A stretch of DNA of 64,000 nucleotides from Phycisphaeraceae bacterium (GTDB taxonomy: Bacteria > Planctomycetota > Phycisphaerae > Phycisphaerales > Zrk34): assembly GCA_040905565.1 (NCBI GenBank), contig JBBDRF010000092.1, positions 64,001 through 128,000 on the forward strand, given 5' to 3'. The notes below the pieces were generated by a model. That model did no database searches. It saw only the letters and a list, made by a program, of their open reading frames with translations, and had not been told where the DNA came from. Both the position numbers and the translations under genes were made by a program. Numbering within the stretch: position 1 is the first letter of the stretch; each line of letters begins with the position of its first letter. Shown here piece by piece: positions 58,106 through 64,000 of the stretch.

Positions 58106-58461
58106 GCGCCGGATCGTTCCCTTGATACCGGCGCCGTGTCCGCGGTTGTCCGTGGCGTATCGCTGGAATTCCGGACAAAACGCCGGACAAAATTTGGGGC
58201 CTTGATCGGCTGCTCGACCATCGCGGAAATCAGTGCAGTGCCGGTGCTGCGCTCCGCCGTGGCGGCGAACGTTCAACACACCGATTTTGGATCACCATCT
58301 GTTGGCTGAGTTGGTTCGAATGCCTGATGAACGAATCCCCCTTGCGAGCGATGCGGCCGTACGGTCTACTGATTGTGCCTACGAGTGACGCGTGTTCGGC
58401 CTGAAAAGCGGTAGGGCCCGGCATCCACCAGACAAATCGGCCGATACCGAAAGCAGCTCTC

Positions 58462-60759
58462 ATGGATCATCTTGTGTTCCGCATCGTCTTCGCAGTCGCC
58501 GTCCTGCTCACGGTCTGTTTCGAGAGCCGCACCATTCTTGCCGACTCGCCTCTGACGGTGGGATCGAATCCGCCAGCGATTGAACCGGCGCATTTTCCCG
58601 ATCGGGCGCACGCGCTGGTCTGGCGGAACTGGCATCTGGTCGAACCCGCCACGATTGCCGAGGTGCTGAGCACGGAGGAAGCGAACGTGCACGGCCTTGC
58701 AGAGTCGATGGGTCTTCCCGCCGCTCGGCCGATCCCCAATGATTACCACGAGCGGATGTACATCACCATCCTCCGCCGCAATTGGCACCTGGTGCCGTAC
58801 GAACAGTTGCTCACGCTGCTGGATTTTACGGAGGATGAACTCGCCTTCGCGCTGTATGAAGACGATTTCCTGTTCATCAAGCTCGGCTCGCTCAAGCCTG
58901 CCGTTGAGGCGGTGCGATATCGTGAGCCCGACGCGGCCGCCCGCCGCCGTGCTGCGGAGATTCGAAAGCTTGTGGAGCGTCACTTCGGCAAGGCGTTGCA
59001 CGAGCCCGCCGAGCCACGGTTTCACTTCATCGAACAGTTGAGCGACGAAACCACCGCACCGCCGCCGCCTGACGACCCTGCCGCTCATCGCGCCGATGGC
59101 CTTCGATTCATCTACTCCTACTTCGCCCTCTTCGGCGACCCCCTCGCCCACGCCGACCGCGATCCGTTCCCCGACGGGCTTCTCGCTCGCCTGGCGGATA
59201 CGGGTGTCAACGGCGTCTGGCTGCACATCGTGCTGCGCGATCTTGCGCCCGGCGGCGAGCAGTTCCCCGAATTCGGCGCGGGTCACGAAGAACGCCTCGA
59301 CAATCTCAACAACCTGGTGCAGCGTGCCAACCGTTACGGCATCGCCATCTATCTCTATATGAACGAACCGCGAGCCATGCCCGAGTCGTTCTTCGAATCC
59401 CACCCGGAGCTCGCGGGCGCTCCCGGTCACGGCGGGCGTGCCATGTGCACCTCGACACCGCAGGTGCGCCAATGGCTCGGCGACGCGCTCACGCATGTCT
59501 TCCGAGAAGTGCCCGATCTCGGCGGCGTGTTCACCATCACCGCCTCAGAAAATCTCACCAACTGCGCCTCACACAGCAACAAAAACGCTTGCCCACGCTG
59601 CGCCGACCGCTCCGAGGCGGACATCATTGCTGAGGTGAACACTGTCATTGAGCAAGGCGTGCACCGCGGCAATCCTGAAGCGCGTGTCATCGCCTGGGAC
59701 TGGGGCTGGAACGGTCACGGCGACGCTTCCGACCACATCGCCAAGCTCCCCGACAACATCCACCTCATGTCCGTCTCCGAGTGGTCGCTGCCGATCAAGC
59801 GCGGCGGCATCGAGACAGCCGTCGGCGAATATTCCCTCTCCGCTGTCGGTCCCGGACCCCGTGCCCAGCGCCATTGGAAGCTCGCCCAGGAGCGCGGCCT
59901 CAAAACTATCGCCAAGGTCCAATTCAACAACACGTGGGAGCTTGCCGCACTGCCTTACCTGCCAGTGATGGATTTGGTCGCTGAACATAACGCCAATCTC
60001 GCCCGGGCCGGCATCGACGGCACCATGCTCTCCTGGACACTCGGCGGCTACCCCTCGCCCAACCTCCGCATCGCCCAACGATTCGCACAGGAACCCGATG
60101 CCGACGTCGACACCGTGCTCGATGATCTGGCCGACGAGCGCTACGGCGTCACCGCGGGCCCGGCGATGCGGCAGGCGTGGACGCACTTCAGCGAAGGGTT
60201 CCGCTCCTATCCTTATCACATCCAGGTCACTTACAACGGCCCGCAGCAAATGGGCCCCGCCAATCCGCTCTATGCAAAGTCGACCGGTTACCGCGCCACG
60301 ATGACAGGCATTCCCTACGACGCCCTCGACGCGTGGCGCGGGCCCTATCCGCCGGACGTCTTCCGCCATCAGTTTGAGCAGGTGGCGGAGGGCTTCGCGC
60401 TCGGCCTCTCCGTCATGCGGCGTAACCTCGACAGCGTCCCCACCGAAAAGAAGGCCGACGCCCAGAGCGACCTCCGCATCGCCGAGGCTGCCTTCCTTCA
60501 CTTTCGAAGCGTCGCCGATCAAGTCGAGTTCATCACCCTTCGCGATGCTGTGCTCACGGGTGACGCCAGCGACGCTCAGCGACAGAATCTCGATCGCGTC
60601 ATCGATGCAGAGATTGCCGCCGCCGTCCGCCTTTTCGAGCTGACGCAGGCGGACGCGCGCATCGGCTTCGAAGCGGCCAATCAGTACTTCTACACGCCGC
60701 TCGATCTCGTCGAGAAGGTGATCACTGCGGAATACGCCCGAGACCAGCTCACCCCTTGA
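58462..60759 (+). CDS. Secreted hypothetical protein, probable glycoside hydrolase-like TIM barrel
   Basis: Signal peptide; GVNGVWL, IYLYMNEP, FTITASENLTNC, IAWDWGW; adjacent to a GH2 gene. Confidence 0.7.
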   Translation: MDHLVFRIVFAVAVLLTVCFESRTILADSPLTVGSNPPAIEPAHFPDRAHALVWRNWHLVEPATIAEVLSTEEANVHGLAESMGLPAARPIPNDYHERMYITILRRNWHLVPYEQLLTLLDFTEDELAFALYEDDFLFIKLGSLKPAVEAVRYREPDAAARRRAAEIRKLVERHFGKALHEPAEPRFHFIEQLSDETTAPPPPDDPAAHRADGLRFIYSYFALFGDPLAHADRDPFPDGLLARLADTGVNGVWLHIVLRDLAPGGEQFPEFGAGHEERLDNLNNLVQRANRYGIAIYLYMNEPRAMPESFFESHPELAGAPGHGGRAMCTSTPQVRQWLGDALTHVFREVPDLGGVFTITASENLTNCASHSNKNACPRCADRSEADIIAEVNTVIEQGVHRGNPEARVIAWDWGWNGHGDASDHIAKLPDNIHLMSVSEWSLPIKRGGIETAVGEYSLSAVGPGPRAQRHWKLAQERGLKTIAKVQFNNTWELAALPYLPVMDLVAEHNANLARAGIDGTMLSWTLGGYPSPNLRIAQRFAQEPDADVDTVLDDLADERYGVTAGPAMRQAWTHFSEGFRSYPYHIQVTYNGPQQMGPANPLYAKSTGYRATMTGIPYDALDAWRGPYPPDVFRHQFEQVAEGFALGLSVMRRNLDSVPTEKKADAQSDLRIAEAAFLHFRSVADQVEFITLRDAVLTGDASDAQRQNLDRVIDAEIAAAVRLFELTQADARIGFEAANQYFYTPLDLVEKVITAEYARDQLTP

Positions 60760-60965
60760 CGCTGGCGAAGGCAGGCACGCGAGAATGTCACGCACGACGG
60801 CACCGGCAGCACATCCCGAGCGTCGACCTGGAGCCATCGCTGTAGGCACCGCGCGGTGCATTTCGATGTCGCAGTCCCGCTTACGTGTTGTTTCTTCCGC
60901 CACGCACCGTTAGGTTGATCGCGGGGATGGTGCAGATTTTCGGTTCTCTCTCAGGGACAGCAGCG

Positions 60966-63296
60966 ATGAAACGATGGCAGACGTTGGCGGTGTGCACGGT
61001 GATGATGTGGTCGGTGCTGTGCGGTTCGGCGGTTCATGCACAGGCCTCGGAGGGATGGGCGCCGGCGGAGACGCCGTTGATGACGCCCTGGGGCGAGCAG
61101 GTGGATCCGGAGAATGTCTGGCCGGAGTACCCGCGGCCGCAACTGGTGCGGGAGCGGTGGGCGAATCTCAACGGTCTGTGGGAATACGCGATCACGGACT
61201 TCCGTGCCGATGAGCCCGAGGAGTTTGAAGGCGAGATTCTGGTGCCGTTCGCCGTGGAGGCGGCTCTGAGCGGTGTCGGGCAGAGGGTCGGGGCTGACCA
61301 GCTGCTGTGGTATCGGCGGACGTTTGAGAAGCCGGAACTGGAGCGCGACGGTCGGCTGCTGCTGCACTTCGGGGCAGTGGACTGGCAGACCGTGGTGTGG
61401 GTGAACGGGGTGCGCGTGGGTGAGCATCGCGGCGGGTACAGCCCGTTCAGCTTTGACGTCACGGGGGCGCTGACCGACGCGGATGAGCAGGAAATCGTGG
61501 TCCGGGTGTGGGACCCGTCCGATGCGGGTTCGCAGCCTCGCGGCAAGCAGGTGCGCAATCCCCAGGGCATCTGGTACACGCCCGTCACCGGCATCTGGCA
61601 GACGGTATGGCTGGAGCCGGTGGGGCGGTCGTCGATTGAGCAGGTGCGTGTGACGCCGGACGTAGAGGGGGATGCGGTGCACGTGGCGTTGAACGTTCGC
61701 GGGCCGCGGCAGGGGCACTCGGTGCGCGTGGCGGCGATGGCAGATGGCGAGACGGTCGCCGTGGCCGAGTTCCCCGCGACGCAGCGGGAGGTGACGTTAA
61801 AACTGGATGAGCCGCGCCTGTGGTGGCCGGACGCTCCGTTCCTCTATGACCTGACGGTGGAGTTGACGGGGGACGGTCAGCGCGTTGACCGAATCGAAAG
61901 CTACTTCGGCATGCGGAGCATCGAAATGGCTGAGGCCGAGGATGGTCATCTCCGTATGATCCTCAACGGCGAAGCGGTGTTTCAGTACGGCCTGCTTGAC
62001 CAGGGGTGGTGGCCGGACGGACTCTACACCGCGCCGAGCGACGAGGCATTGCGTTACGACCTGCAGTTCACGAAGGATGCCGGCTTCAACATGCTGCGTA
62101 AGCATGTGAAGGTTGAGCCGGCGCGGCTCTACTACCACGCGGACAGGATGGGGTTGCTGGTGTGGCAGGACATGCCGAATCCGATGCTCGCGGGTCAGCA
62201 GGACCGGCATGCCGTCGGGCCCGACGATCCGGAGGACGCAACCTTCACGCCCCAGGAGCGGCTGCAGTTTCATGCGGAACTGCGGGAGATGATCGATTCG
62301 CTGTACAACCATCCGTCGATCGTGGTGTGGGTGCCGTTCAACGAAGGTTGGGGTCAGCACGAGACGAATGAGGTTTTGGAGTGGGTGATGGATTATGACC
62401 CGACGCGATTGGTCGGCGGGCCGAGCGGCTGGATCGACCGCGGCGTTGGGCACCTCAAAGACATGCACAGCTATCCGGGGCCGAGCATGTTCCCCGCGAT
62501 GGACGACCGCATTTCTGTGCTGGGCGAGTTCGGCGGGCTGGGGTGGCCCGTTGAGGGGCACCTGTGGCAGCCGGATCAGAACTGGGGCTATCGCACGTAT
62601 CACAGTCAGGACGAGTTGCGTGAACATTACACCGAACTGATGGAGCAACTCCCGGCGATGATCGGCGAGGGGCTGGCGGCGGCGGTGTATACGCAGACGA
62701 CGGACGTAGAGATCGAGGTCAACGGCCTGGTGACGTATGACCGTCGGCGGGTGAAGCTGCCGGTCGATGAACTCGCGGAACTGCATGCGCCGCTTTACGC
62801 GCCGCCGCCGGTGCTCCGGACACTGGTGCCGACGGGGGATCAGGAGCCGCAGGTCTGGCGTTACACGACGGACGAGCCGGCGGAGGACTGGTACGAACTC
62901 GACTTCGACGCGAGCGATTGGACGACCGGCGAATCTGGTTTCGGTACGGAGGACACGCCCAATACCACGGTGCGGACAGAGTGGGACACGAGCGAAATCT
63001 GGATGCGCCGCGCGTTCGTGCTCGACGAAGAGCCGGCCGACGATGAGAAAGTGCTTCTGCGGCTGTTCCACGACGAGGACACGCAGGTCTATATCAATGG
63101 CGTACTCGCGGCGGAGCTGACGGGCTGGACCAGCCGTTACGTGCTGGTGTCGATTCGGGATCAGGCTCGCGAGGCATTGCGCGAGGGGCGGAACACGATC
63201 GCGATCCGCTGCGAGCAGACGGATGGTGGACAGTACATTGATGCGGGCCTGGTCAAGATTCAGCCGCGGGACGTGCCCGTCTTAGAGCGACCTTGA
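60966..63296 (+). CDS. Glycoside hydrolase family 2 with extra C-terminal jelly-roll domain
   Basis: Signal peptide; EYPRPQL, LHFGAVDW, GIWQTVWLE, LDQGWWPDG, WVPFNEGWGQ (acid/base), LGEFGG (nucleophile). Confidence 0.94.
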   Translation: MKRWQTLAVCTVMMWSVLCGSAVHAQASEGWAPAETPLMTPWGEQVDPENVWPEYPRPQLVRERWANLNGLWEYAITDFRADEPEEFEGEILVPFAVEAALSGVGQRVGADQLLWYRRTFEKPELERDGRLLLHFGAVDWQTVVWVNGVRVGEHRGGYSPFSFDVTGALTDADEQEIVVRVWDPSDAGSQPRGKQVRNPQGIWYTPVTGIWQTVWLEPVGRSSIEQVRVTPDVEGDAVHVALNVRGPRQGHSVRVAAMADGETVAVAEFPATQREVTLKLDEPRLWWPDAPFLYDLTVELTGDGQRVDRIESYFGMRSIEMAEAEDGHLRMILNGEAVFQYGLLDQGWWPDGLYTAPSDEALRYDLQFTKDAGFNMLRKHVKVEPARLYYHADRMGLLVWQDMPNPMLAGQQDRHAVGPDDPEDATFTPQERLQFHAELREMIDSLYNHPSIVVWVPFNEGWGQHETNEVLEWVMDYDPTRLVGGPSGWIDRGVGHLKDMHSYPGPSMFPAMDDRISVLGEFGGLGWPVEGHLWQPDQNWGYRTYHSQDELREHYTELMEQLPAMIGEGLAAAVYTQTTDVEIEVNGLVTYDRRRVKLPVDELAELHAPLYAPPPVLRTLVPTGDQEPQVWRYTTDEPAEDWYELDFDASDWTTGESGFGTEDTPNTTVRTEWDTSEIWMRRAFVLDEEPADDEKVLLRLFHDEDTQVYINGVLAAELTGWTSRYVLVSIRDQAREALREGRNTIAIRCEQTDGGQYIDAGLVKIQPRDVPVLERP

Positions 63297-63386
63297 ACCG
63301 CCAGCTAGTACACCGCAATGATCAGCAAACTCGTGATAGTCACAAGACGCTCTGCTGTGGGCCCGTCGCCGCGCCTGCCGTGGCGC

Positions 63387-63821
63387 TTACTGGGTGACTA
63401 TAGCCGGCGTGCGGGATGAGCGGACGGCGTCGACCGACCAGAGTGTGTCCAGTTCGCGCAACAGGTACAAGGCGATGCAGGCAGCGAGCATCGGCCAAGC
63501 TGCGAAAAACAGGAGATTGTCCCACGCGTTGATGTACTGCTGATAGGAACTGAACGTTGAGACGCCATGCATCAACAACACGAGTCCGTAGCTGACACGC
63601 CTGAAAAAGCCAGCGACGAACGCAAGCACGATGACGAGTTGCACAGCGCCGATGAGGTAGAACGCTGCGGAGCCGAGTCCCTCGAGCATGTAGAAGTTGG
63701 CCGCAACCGCTGCCGCGTGGTCGGGGTTGACGAGCTTGTCCAGCGTCCACATGATCATCACGATGAATACGCCGATGCGCAGTAGCAGTAGAGAGAGCTT
63801 GAGCCGGGTCTGTGTCGTCAT
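63387..63821 (-). CDS. DoxX-like membrane protein
   Basis: LLLLRIGVF...WTLDKL, four TM helices, NLLFFAAWPM. Confidence 0.82.
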   Translation of the reverse strand: MTTQTRLKLSLLLLRIGVFIVMIMWTLDKLVNPDHAAAVAANFYMLEGLGSAAFYLIGAVQLVIVLAFVAGFFRRVSYGLVLLMHGVSTFSSYQQYINAWDNLLFFAAWPMLAACIALYLLRELDTLWSVDAVRSSRTPAIVTQ

Positions 63822-63866
63822 CAGGTCTGCCTTCGAACAGGGGCTTAGTTCTTCGCTCGCGGTTCA

Positions 63867-64000
63867 TCAAAATGTGATGATCTGGTAGCCGTCCTGCATG
63901 AGCTGCCGAAAGCTCGGGTGGCCTTGGTTTTCCGTTGCGTAATTGAGCCCTTCAGCTTCGACCGCATCGGTTGCTTTGAAGGCCTTGGCGCAGTACTCGC
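63867..64000 (-). CDS. 3' end of a DsrE-like protein (partial)
   Basis: Manual translation ...EYCAKAFKATDAVEAEGLNYATENQGHPSFRQLMQDGYQIITF*. Confidence 0.65.
   Translation of the reverse strand, partial: EYCAKAFKATDAVEAEGLNYATENQGHPSFRQLMQDGYQIITF

Noticed and set aside
57804..58309. ORFs overlapping the tRNA region
   Set aside because: They are translations of tRNA-Ser and its flanks, with no protein features or integrase remnant recognisable.
1..64000. CRISPR array, rRNA, transposase, integrase or phage genes
   Set aside because: No regularly spaced repeat-spacer array and no recognisable motifs for these genes; family A repeats are dispersed, not arrayed.

Overview
High-GC bacterial chromosome segment. 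The gene content (Tat-exported Gfo/Idh/MocA oxidoreductase, Ala(-1) prepilins, conserved hypotheticals, REP-like palindromes) suggests a Planctomycetota/Phycisphaerae-like organism, which is an inference only. Housekeeping genes: an M16B peptidase pair, dacB, ndk, a UbiD-family decarboxylase, trpC, the molybdopterin cluster mog-moaC-moeA/moaD-moaE, tadA, tatC, anmK with a Na+/solute symporter, purEK and tRNA-Ser(GCT). Three accessory multi-gene systems stand out. (1) A four-lipoprotein operon (two LpoB/CsgG-like, one COG3014-like, one YcfL/DUF1425) sits behind a CPBP protease. (2) An expanded 11-gene MoxR AAA+/DUF58/DUF4350/DUF4129/SpoIIM/2xRDD membrane cluster carries extra B-box-like zinc-finger membrane proteins. 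(3) A type IV filament/T2SS-like locus (pilMNO, P-like gene, pilB with an MshEN c-di-GMP motif, pilC, four minor pilins) ends in a membrane diguanylate cyclase and has three sigma28-like promoter motifs; no secretin or major pilin is present in the window. Other observations: dispersed REP-like hairpins with covariation, candidate leaderless promoters, recurrent AAGGT-polyG motifs, block-wise GC-skew flips, and possible integrase arm-site repeats 3' of the tRNA. No CRISPR array, rRNA, transposase or integrase was seen.
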